From positions 808,612-861,834 of the forward strand of contig CP070754.1 of NCBI GenBank assembly GCA_020348865.1: a stretch of DNA of 53,223 bases, read 5' to 3'. The first letter of the stretch is position 1; every line of letters begins with the position of its first letter. This DNA comes from Candidatus Bathyarchaeota archaeon. GTDB taxonomy: Archaea; Thermoproteota; Bathyarchaeia; Bathyarchaeales; Bathyarchaeaceae. The position numbers and the translations under genes were made by a program. Positions 44,958-52,812 of the stretch are shown in pieces. The notes beneath the pieces were generated by a model that saw only the letters and a program-made list of their open reading frames with translations, did not search any database and was not told where the DNA came from.

Positions 44958-45749
44958 ATGAAATATCGAACCCGAAAAAATTTAAGAATAGAATCTAGGT
45001 TTTTCGTCAGGGTGTGTTGTTGCTTGCCTCCTATTTTCGGTAGAAAGAGAGAGCCTAGAGATGTCTTTGACGAACATATGAAAAAAGCAGATGAGCTCTG
45101 GAAATCCCCAAGTGGATTGAAAACCTCAGAGTGTAAGAAGATTATGAAACACATTGAGAAAGCACTAGAGATTGCAGGAACAGTTGAGGTAGATCAGGAA
45201 GATATTGTTCGGCTCTGGGCTAGGAAGGGGAGTCTTTTCCTCACGGTCTATCGAAGATTGGATGATGCGCTGGAATGTTACGACAAAGCCTTATCGATAG
45301 ACCCAGGACTTGCCAAAGCATGGATCAACAAAGGTTCTCATCTGCTAGATATGGGCAAACCTAAAGAGGCTATGAAGTGCATCGACACCGCACTGGAAAT
45401 CAACCCGAGATACGCCAAAGCATGGCTCAACAAGGGGGTGGCTCTGGAACAGTTGGGCAAACCTGGAAAGGCTATAGAATGCTGTAAGAGAGCACTGAAG
45501 ATAAACCCGAGATACGCCTTTGCAGGGGCAACAATGGGAGCTTTTCTGCTAAAGCTGGATAAGTTTGAGGAGGCTATGAAGTGCATCGACACCGCACTGG
45601 AAATCAACCCCATATCTGCTATCGCATGGTTCTACAAGGGAATGGCTCTGGAAGGAAAGGGCAGGCATGAGGAGGCTAAGAGATGCTTCAATAGGGCCAC
45701 ATACATAGACCCTAGTTTGCAGAAAAGGATAAAGATTTCATCTGATTAG
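44958..45749 (+). CDS. tetratricopeptide (TPR) repeat protein
   Basis: About five 34-aa units with the A..C(Y/I)..AL.I(N/D)P..A.AW..KG pattern. The start may be ATG 45078 (MKKADELW). Confidence 0.75.
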   Translation: MKYRTRKNLRIESRFFVRVCCCLPPIFGRKREPRDVFDEHMKKADELWKSPSGLKTSECKKIMKHIEKALEIAGTVEVDQEDIVRLWARKGSLFLTVYRRLDDALECYDKALSIDPGLAKAWINKGSHLLDMGKPKEAMKCIDTALEINPRYAKAWLNKGVALEQLGKPGKAIECCKRALKINPRYAFAGATMGAFLLKLDKFEEAMKCIDTALEINPISAIAWFYKGMALEGKGRHEEAKRCFNRATYIDPSLQKRIKISSD

Positions 45750-45783
45750 CTGAAACCCCGCCAAACAACACATCATTTAGTAA

Positions 45784-45817
45784 GTGGGCGATATCCCTCA
45801 CAAATCCCCTTTTTTTC
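45784..45817 (+). repeat. intergenic C-rich/oligo-T element, copy 5 (most divergent)
   Basis: GTGGGCGATATCCCTCACAAATCCCCTTTTTTT, 35 nt after the TPR gene stop. Confidence 0.7.
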
Positions 45818-45918
45818 TCTCCGAGGTTCAGATTAAGAAGTATTCCGAGTTTTTGAACTCTTACACCAAAACATATACGTGCATTGTATAAAGACTAGTT
45901 GAAGCCTATTAGAAGGGA

Positions 45919-46179
45919 CTACTTGGAAGATCCCAATTTTACTTTGGCTTGCTCAATCATTTCAACTAGATGAAGAGGAATAGGATCAACTTGCATCTCA
46001 AGCTCTTTGATCTTTCGTTTAGGAGACCGCTTGAGAATCTTTGGTGTAAGAATACTTGGTTGGCCAGATGTGCCCTCTGTTTGCTTAACAAACTGTCTCA
46101 CAAATTCTGTGCTCTTTATCAAATCTGGTAGCTCATCCTCAAAGAGCGTGAGATAAATTTTGTCGAGGCATTTCATCAC
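45919..46179 (-). CDS. hypothetical protein
   Basis: 86-aa ORF with protein-like composition. No motif recognised. Confidence 0.35.
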   Translation of the reverse strand: MMKCLDKIYLTLFEDELPDLIKSTEFVRQFVKQTEGTSGQPSILTPKILKRSPKRKIKELEMQVDPIPLHLVEMIEQAKVKLGSSK

Positions 46180-46368
46180 CAGAGTTACAAAGAGTGTTGA
46201 AGGATGCCGTCGCCTACTAGAAGCTGGATTTCAGTATGTTACAGAGCTTAAGGGCCTGAAAGTCTTCAAAAAGCCGAAATAGTACATGGATAATGTCAAA
46301 AAACCATGGAAAGTTTTTTATTCAATATCATTCCAAACATGATGAACGTTCATGATGGAGGAAAGCAT

Positions 46369-46539
46369 ATGGCAAAATGTCCAAATTGTGGAGCAGATGT
46401 TGCCAATAAAAGAAAGTCTTGGAAGATGGCCGGCCGCCCAGACAAAATGGGAAAGAGAATCGAGCTAACCATTGGTCTCTTCGACTGCCCCAAATGCAAG
46501 AAAACCTTCAGGACTGTCTTGGGCAAACAAAAGATCTAA
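46369..46539 (+). CDS. small zinc-ribbon protein
   Basis: 56 aa from ATG 46369, with GGAGG 8 nt upstream. CPNCG...CPKC pairs. The ORF track starts earlier, at 46306. Confidence 0.55.
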   Translation: MAKCPNCGADVANKRKSWKMAGRPDKMGKRIELTIGLFDCPKCKKTFRTVLGKQKI

Positions 46540-46673
46540 AGCACTCGTGCTGTTGTTGCCAAGATCAGCTAATAACCCCCTCCTTTTTATCTAGCCAAAC
46601 AATAACTTTTTAGCGTTCAACAACCAACAAGACACTTTCCAAGGATACCCTTAGGCTACGTAGCAAATAATCG

Positions 46674-47294
46674 GTGAAGCAATTGGAATTACGAGAGATA
46701 TTAAAGAAAGAATATGTGAAGACCGCTATTCTACTTGCAGTAGTAATCATTGGTGTTTTTGCTTTCTGGATTGGTCTGACAACGGCTTTGAAAACTGAGT
46801 ACCCAATGCTGGCGGTTGCGTCAGGAAGTATGGAACCTGCCTTGTACAAAGGCGATCTTATCATGGTTCAGGGGATAGCAGACGGTGGTGACGTTGTAGT
46901 CGGTCGGGATGTGGATGACCCACCCGGTGACATAATTGTCTTTCACAGCCCCAGGGTCCGCAGTGAGCTTATCGTGCACAGAGCTATAGGTAGTGAACGT
47001 AGGGGTGGAACGTGGTACTTTCAAACTAAGGGAGACGCTAACAGTGGTGCAGACAACTGGGATGGCGACTGGAGCACTGATTATGACCTTGCAGAAGAAT
47101 ATGTGATCGGCAGAGTTTTTGGCCAGGTATCGACTATAGGTTATATTCCATTGTTTCTGCGAGAGTTTTTATGGACTCCTGTCGGAATGATGCTAATTGT
47201 CACGTTGCTACTTGTTTTCCTGTTTTACGACTATCTTCCCTTGCCTTGGAAGAAGGACCGACTCGACGCCCCTGAACCAGACAAAGAGATCTGA
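46674..47294 (+). CDS. signal peptidase I, archaeal/ER (Sec11) type
   Basis: N-terminal TM helix. Nucleophile box SGSMEP, His box LIVHRAIG, then TKGDAN. C-terminal TM helix. Confidence 0.85.
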   Translation: MKQLELREILKKEYVKTAILLAVVIIGVFAFWIGLTTALKTEYPMLAVASGSMEPALYKGDLIMVQGIADGGDVVVGRDVDDPPGDIIVFHSPRVRSELIVHRAIGSERRGGTWYFQTKGDANSGADNWDGDWSTDYDLAEEYVIGRVFGQVSTIGYIPLFLREFLWTPVGMMLIVTLLLVFLFYDYLPLPWKKDRLDAPEPDKEI

Positions 47295-47437
47295 ATTTCT
47301 TCGAAGTGATGGAAACCTGACTCAAAGGCTTTGATGTGCACTTACTTGATGTTTGGACTGCTCATGTTCACTCATGCACATCGCTCCGGTGAGAGTAGTC
47401 TGTGGTTGATGAGAAAGCTGGCGTTCAGAACCAAGCC

Positions 47438-47445
47438 TTTATAAA
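47438..47445 (+). promoter_or_regulatory. candidate TATA box for tbp
   Basis: TTTATAAA lies 45-52 nt upstream of the GTG start at 47490. AAGGGGTG sits just upstream of the start as an SD-like element. Confidence 0.35.
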
Positions 47446-47489
47446 CAACTCCTGCAAGAAGTCTGATGTTCTTATAAAGGGGTGCTCAG

Positions 47490-48050
47490 GTGCCGAAGGT
47501 TCAAGCCTCAATTAACATCGAAAACGTGGTTGCATCCGCAACTTTGGATCAAAGGGTTGACCTGAACGCTGTGGTCAAAGGCCATCCTGGAGTTGAATAT
47601 CGCCCAGAACAGTTCCCAGGACTTGTGTTTCGTCTGAAGAAACCGAAAACAGCTACTCTGATTTTCAATTCAGGAAAGATGGTGTGCACAGGCGCCAAGT
47701 CAGAAAAAGAGGCAAGAAGAGCTGTGATGAAAGTCGTGAAAGAACTGAAGAAGAGCGGAATAATAATCATCAGCAAGCCGAAACTGAAGATACAGAACAT
47801 CGTTGCATCGGCGGGTCTAGGAGGAAACATCGATCTTGAAAAAGCGACGTACGCATTGGGAAAAACTATGTATGAGCCTGAACAATTCCCTGGGCTCATC
47901 TACCGAATGGCAGAGCCCAAAGTCGTGATTCTTCTTTTCGCTAGCGGAAAACTCGTATGTACAGGCGCCAAACACGAAGAAGACGTTTACGAAGCAGTCA
48001 ACAAACTCCATCTTAGACTTGAAGACGAAGGCCTGATATATTACGAATGA
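47490..48050 (+). CDS. tbp: TATA-box binding protein
   Basis: 186 aa, GTG start. Two direct repeats: NIENVVASATL...PEQFPGLVFRL..P..TATLIFNSGKMVCTGAKSE and KIQNIVASAGL...PEQFPGLIYRM..PKVVILLFASGKLVCTGAKHE. Confidence 0.95.
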   Translation: MPKVQASINIENVVASATLDQRVDLNAVVKGHPGVEYRPEQFPGLVFRLKKPKTATLIFNSGKMVCTGAKSEKEARRAVMKVVKELKKSGIIIISKPKLKIQNIVASAGLGGNIDLEKATYALGKTMYEPEQFPGLIYRMAEPKVVILLFASGKLVCTGAKHEEDVYEAVNKLHLRLEDEGLIYYE

Positions 48051-48423
48051 GCATACGTAGAATATTTAAAGACGAACCCTCCATGAGCTAAGCCACGCTT
48101 TTACACCATTACTTGAGGACTTACCATCTTTCTTTTCTGAAGCAATTGCTGAAGACTGCTCCTATGAAGCTCTCAGGAGAACGAGTCTAAACAAAACCAC
48201 TGATCTCCTTGAGGAAGGAGGATTTGATGATGCTTACAGGTACGGCGTACAACGAAATCTGCTAGACCACATATGGATATGGAAGTGGAATGACACCATA
48301 TACGACAATTCAACCATAACAAGCGCATGTTACGGTACATCCTCCTTTATTGGCGACTATGTTGTCCATCATTGGGGATACTCTGCACTCAACAAACTTA
48401 ACACCCTTTTCAACAAGACAGAA

Positions 48424-48810
48424 ATGAATAGTCTACCTGAGAGTCAACGGCTTACGGTATTCATAGAATACATGACTATGACTTGTGGATACAATATGTC
48501 ATCAATATTCAGTAATCTCACAGGTTTGATCACTCAGTGGCACGATGCCCACAACCAGCGCGATTTAGATTACACAATTGATGTGATTGGTCCATTTACG
48601 TGGCACATCAACCCACGGTTGAAGAACTTGGTGGAGGATGCAAACGATGACTATGATAACAGAAACTACGAACTAGCAATCAGTGGATTTCAGGAAGCCA
48701 GAGCTTTCGTAGATTCGAGATTTTGGCAAACGCTAGATTATGTGTTCTTCATCATGATCCTATTCGCAGCGGCTGGAGGTATCATTTTTCTACTCCACTC
48801 CAAGTCATAG
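48424..48810 (+). CDS. hypothetical C-terminally anchored protein; possibly the remnant of a longer gene
   Basis: 128 aa from the first ATG, with a C-terminal TM helix VFFIMILFAAAGGIIFLL. The same frame is open for 118 further codons upstream (from 48070) with no ATG, GTG or TTG. Confidence 0.4.
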   Translation: MNSLPESQRLTVFIEYMTMTCGYNMSSIFSNLTGLITQWHDAHNQRDLDYTIDVIGPFTWHINPRLKNLVEDANDDYDNRNYELAISGFQEARAFVDSRFWQTLDYVFFIMILFAAAGGIIFLLHSKS

Positions 48811-48892
48811 CCGATGCACATGTTTTTGGCGTGCACATACGCTACAAACACTTTTGAACTGAACAAACAAAGACAGTTATGAGAGAAATCTA

Positions 48893-50146
48893 ATGGCAAG
48901 CCGAGCTGGCAAACTAAGACTCTATATCTTCTTGGCACTGCTGATTCTGCTTTTGATTCTCATTGTTCGACTCATATCAACTGCCTGGGATTCCATCGTA
49001 ATCTTAATTCTATTTACTTGTGCGAATCTTCTGGCGGTCTACCATCGGCGGAAGCATGAACTGGGGAAGGTTGAGCAAGAATTCAAGGCGAAACTAGAGG
49101 AAACGCAGACCTTCTACTTTGTTCGAATTGTTGAACGACTGGTTGGACGCAATGGATACTATATCTTTTGTGCAGTAATCTCAATGCTATTCTCCGTTGC
49201 AAACTACAAGTTCTCAGCTGTTAACTTGCTGTTAACTGACCAGATGGCTATTTTTTATGCACTAACTACTGCCAACATTTCCCTTTTCTTGGGATTTGCC
49301 TTTTGGAAGCTGGTGACAGAAGACTTCTCAAAGCTTGTCAAAGCGTTCTATCGGCAACACAAAGCGAAAGAAAGAGTCATGCTCCAAGGAAAAGAGACAA
49401 GTCACGTAACATCAGCCCTGCTCTTTCACAAACTTGTGTTTGATGTCAAATTCTCACTTATGTGGGGGGCATTCTGGAGCCTTCTTGCCATCTGCTGGAT
49501 TGGATACCCTTCAACGATGATGCAATCGATATTTGATGTCTTTGGTACAGGTCTGAATTTTTTCGTGCAATCAATTACAGTTGCCATATCAGCACCCGCG
49601 ATTCTTGCGATTTTTCAAATAGGCCGTTCATCATCAATTCTTGTGGCTGACGACACAGCAATCTTCAGCAAGAGCTTTGGCGAATTCTTCAAAAATCTTG
49701 AGAAGGCTGTTCTGAAAGTGACTCTGATGCAGCTCCTTGTCCCCGGGGTAATATTGCCGAATATTTTCTTCCTTCGTGGACTCTACATACAGTACGACAT
49801 AGTCATAATACTGGGGGTTTTCTGCTTCGTCTTAGGGCAGTTGGGCATCCTGTTCTTCGCAATCTACGGAGCTCATATAGCCATGAAAAAGCTGAAAGAA
49901 AGAGAGGGGAAAAAACTTAGAAAGAGGATTATCGAGAAGAAGAATCTCCTAGAAACAGTCAACAAAGACAGCTTCTTGTATATTGGTGCACTCTGGGATT
50001 ATCACCTGCTTCTACTGAAAACTGAGCATTTGGAATCCACAGGCACGTGGCCGATAAGTACAAAGGGAGTGGTCGTGTTCGCTACGTTGCTGGCGGGAAC
50101 CATCCTCAACGCTCTTCGAGACTACCTGCTAACACTCTTTTCATAG
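48893..50146 (+). CDS. hypothetical polytopic membrane protein
   Basis: 417 aa with at least 8 hydrophobic helices and charged loops. No family recognised. Confidence 0.6.
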   Translation: MASRAGKLRLYIFLALLILLLILIVRLISTAWDSIVILILFTCANLLAVYHRRKHELGKVEQEFKAKLEETQTFYFVRIVERLVGRNGYYIFCAVISMLFSVANYKFSAVNLLLTDQMAIFYALTTANISLFLGFAFWKLVTEDFSKLVKAFYRQHKAKERVMLQGKETSHVTSALLFHKLVFDVKFSLMWGAFWSLLAICWIGYPSTMMQSIFDVFGTGLNFFVQSITVAISAPAILAIFQIGRSSSILVADDTAIFSKSFGEFFKNLEKAVLKVTLMQLLVPGVILPNIFFLRGLYIQYDIVIILGVFCFVLGQLGILFFAIYGAHIAMKKLKEREGKKLRKRIIEKKNLLETVNKDSFLYIGALWDYHLLLLKTEHLESTGTWPISTKGVVVFATLLAGTILNALRDYLLTLFS

Positions 50147-50183
50147 GTATGCAAAGCTTAAGTGAAGGTATTTACCACTATTA

Positions 50184-50987
50184 GTGGTGTCAAATCCCAC
50201 GCAGACGACAAAAAGCACCAGAAAAACTGTAGCCACCCCAGGAAACAACATGGTTGCTTATGATGAATTTTGTCACAAAATTACACATTTTCCATTCAGA
50301 CAACCGGGTCAACAGGTGGAGATATTAGGTTTAGTTGACGCTTTGCGGAAAATAGGCTATTTCCGGAGTTTTCGAGTCTCAGAAAACGGTGCGTTCGATA
50401 CAGAAAAAGACACAAAAAGGCATGGCAGGAAGCTGAAGAGACATCGTAAGGCAGCTTATAGACGTGTTAGGAAGTATTACAAGTCAGTTCGCCAGTACAA
50501 GAAGGAACGGTTACGGCGCAAACTCTGCTGGCTGCTTTCCGGGAAATACCGGGAAACTGAAATAGCTGACATGCTGGGAATAAGCGTCCGAACCGTCATA
50601 CGTGACATAAACAAGATCAAGCCCTACTATGTCAGGATGAGTCGAGCCTACTTCAATCGGATGGAACAAGACAGAATCAAAGAAATGAACCTGAAGCTAG
50701 AAGGCAAATCCCTGTTTGAACGTTTGGACATATTGACAACCGCTATGATTGAGTGGCGTAAGCGGTTCAAGCTACGGCCCTATAGACGGCATTATCAAAT
50801 CATCACCATCGACATGACCCAGCAGAAAAATGTTATCCCTAAAATCACGTTTAGCGGTGGCAAACGTTCGACACTTGCATTTCCGCATAAGATTAGGATT
50901 CATGTGAAAGCGGTGCATGAAGGTCGAGAGTTCACGACTGACGTAGCTGGTATTGAGTTAACGCAGACAACAGAGGGTCTGTGGTGA
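50184..50987 (+). CDS. hypothetical basic protein with a helix-turn-helix
   Basis: 267 aa (GTG start; ATG at 50250). Very basic stretch KRHGRKLKRHRKAAYRRVRKYYKSVRQYKKERLRRK, followed by the HTH-like ETEIADMLGISVRTVIRDINKI. Confidence 0.5.
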   Translation: MVSNPTQTTKSTRKTVATPGNNMVAYDEFCHKITHFPFRQPGQQVEILGLVDALRKIGYFRSFRVSENGAFDTEKDTKRHGRKLKRHRKAAYRRVRKYYKSVRQYKKERLRRKLCWLLSGKYRETEIADMLGISVRTVIRDINKIKPYYVRMSRAYFNRMEQDRIKEMNLKLEGKSLFERLDILTTAMIEWRKRFKLRPYRRHYQIITIDMTQQKNVIPKITFSGGKRSTLAFPHKIRIHVKAVHEGREFTTDVAGIELTQTTEGLW

Positions 50988-51129
50988 CTGTCATGTTTAT
51001 GCATGCAATGCACTCCTAGAAGACTGTTTCAGAAATTATTAATACAGCCAGCATTGATAGGTGTCTAACGCAAAGCAATGCGTTGCACAAAGGATGAATT
51101 GAAAGAAGAATGAAAGGAATGTGCATAAA

Positions 51130-52431
51130 ATGAAAGGAAAAAGCACGTTGTGGCTGTTCTTGATGGCAATGCTGCTGAACACAATCATGGTGAATATCGG
51201 GACAAGCCCAGTGACAAACACCAAACTGTACATAGATCCAACAACGGCCATAATAAGTCTGGATATTATCGGAGTGGGTAGCGAAACAGTAACGCTCACA
51301 GGTCCAACTGAAGTTAACAGGTCAGATCCCTATGATCCTGACGATGGGCAACGGCACGCATATGTAGACAGTTTTGCGCCAGTATACGATGAGTGGTCGC
51401 ATGTTGGTACAGATCCGTATCTGAATGCTACAGGAGACGGAAATTACATTGAAGGGACCTTCGACGGTGCGGTAATGGCTTGGTTCACCTTTGAAGACGT
51501 GGTTCTAGAACCTGGTGAGTACATTAAGAGCGTAACACTCTTTGGCTATACTGATGGACCATACGATGAGGGCTGTGACTTCGACATTTACGCCAACGAC
51601 TTCACTTGGCTTGGATCGTTGTATGCAACTGGAGCTCCAAACTGGGTGACTCCAAGATGGGTGGGCGATGCGACCGTATCAGACCTGTATCCTGTCGCAA
51701 AGACTGAGGATGGACTCAACGGCATGGAAGTTCTAGCGTACTTCTATGATCCAGCCGGAGCTGGCGGTCCAGGCAACATCATCGACGCTTTGAAGTTGGA
51801 AGTGATAGTTGGCGATGATCGCTTGAAGATTGACACAGAGATTATGTACATGAACTTGGTGGGAACAGGTGATTTGTTGGGGCCAGTCACGATCGCCGAA
51901 AGCCCTTCCAAAGCATCCAGTGGAGCAATACAGCAACAAGTTGTCGGCGAAGACTTTCCAGCTGACAGTTTTTTTGATGTCTTCATTGAAATTGAGACGA
52001 CATTACCGTATCCGTTAAGCACTCTTCACAATGACGACCCGCACCACTTGAGTGCAGTGATCCTTGGGGTTCCGCCACTGGGAACAAGTTACACTACCCC
52101 TTTATCCGTAGACAAGCCTCTCAAAGATGAGTTGGGCAACATTGTCGGTTATATCACGAATGTCATCCTTGTATTCCCTACTCCAGAAGAAGTCCTACAA
52201 CACCTAATAACGACCATCGAATCATGGGACTTGCTACGAGGAATCGAGGATAGTTTAACGCCGAAATTGGAGGCAGCCATCGATCTTCTCAATAAGAATA
52301 ACATAAACGGAGCAGTACATATACTGGAAGCTTTCATCAACCAGGTTGAGGCAATTACCAAAGGGCTCTTTGGTAACAGAATGAAGGTAATGCATGATAC
52401 CGTAAAGTCAGTCATCAATAATTTGCGGTAA
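51130..52431 (+). CDS. hypothetical secreted protein
   Basis: Signal peptide MKGKSTLWLFLMAMLLNTIMVNIG from ATG 51130. The C-terminal helical tail LTPKLEAAIDLLNKNNINGAVHILEAFINQVEAI resembles a tail seen on many extracellular proteins (FIMAH-like, from memory). Confidence 0.6.
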   Translation: MKGKSTLWLFLMAMLLNTIMVNIGTSPVTNTKLYIDPTTAIISLDIIGVGSETVTLTGPTEVNRSDPYDPDDGQRHAYVDSFAPVYDEWSHVGTDPYLNATGDGNYIEGTFDGAVMAWFTFEDVVLEPGEYIKSVTLFGYTDGPYDEGCDFDIYANDFTWLGSLYATGAPNWVTPRWVGDATVSDLYPVAKTEDGLNGMEVLAYFYDPAGAGGPGNIIDALKLEVIVGDDRLKIDTEIMYMNLVGTGDLLGPVTIAESPSKASSGAIQQQVVGEDFPADSFFDVFIEIETTLPYPLSTLHNDDPHHLSAVILGVPPLGTSYTTPLSVDKPLKDELGNIVGYITNVILVFPTPEEVLQHLITTIESWDLLRGIEDSLTPKLEAAIDLLNKNNINGAVHILEAFINQVEAITKGLFGNRMKVMHDTVKSVINNLR

Positions 52432-52812
52432 AATGCGCGTGTAACAACGCCCAGAAATGCATGCACTGGGCATGGTAAGTCTTTGTTTGATAAGTCATTG
52501 TCTTGGCGAACAGAAGGCGGGTTCAAGATGGAACGAACAGCAGGGAGCTTGTGGTGGTATGTATGTTTACGCATGGACACTTTCCATTAGAAGCATCTGT
52601 GGTGGACTTGTTTAATACATGCATTTTCTACATCTTCGTAAATCCACGCGTTCCATCTGCGCCACCTTTTGATGGTCGAATAAGCAGATTTATCAATTGA
52701 CACATTTCTGACGAGAACAAGCTCTCTTTATGTCAATAGAACTTGCTTTCATAACACATTAATACGTGTTGCATAGAATGCTTATTCCATAAATCGAAAG
52801 GAGAAAAGAAAA

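Noticed and set aside
40132-45817. Could the five repeats be a CRISPR array?
   Set aside because: Spacing is 0.9-2.2 kb with complete genes between copies. The repeats are imperfect and end in T-runs. No cas genes are present.
47405-47466. C/D-box sRNA upstream of tbp (TGATGA at 47408, CTGA at 47462)
   Set aside because: There is no C' box. The D' candidate is CAGA rather than CTGA. No terminal stem or proper 12-nt guide spacing is present.
52432-52812. Frame-broken minus-strand ORF pieces (e.g. VSIDKSAYSTIKRWRRWNAWIYEDVENACIKQVHHRCF*, then MSMRKHTYHHKLPAV...) in a 381-bp gap; possible decayed transposase or other gene
   Set aside because: I cannot match the peptides to any family, and there are no inverted repeats. 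The 143-aa ORF 52149-52580 mostly overlaps the end of the secreted-protein gene.
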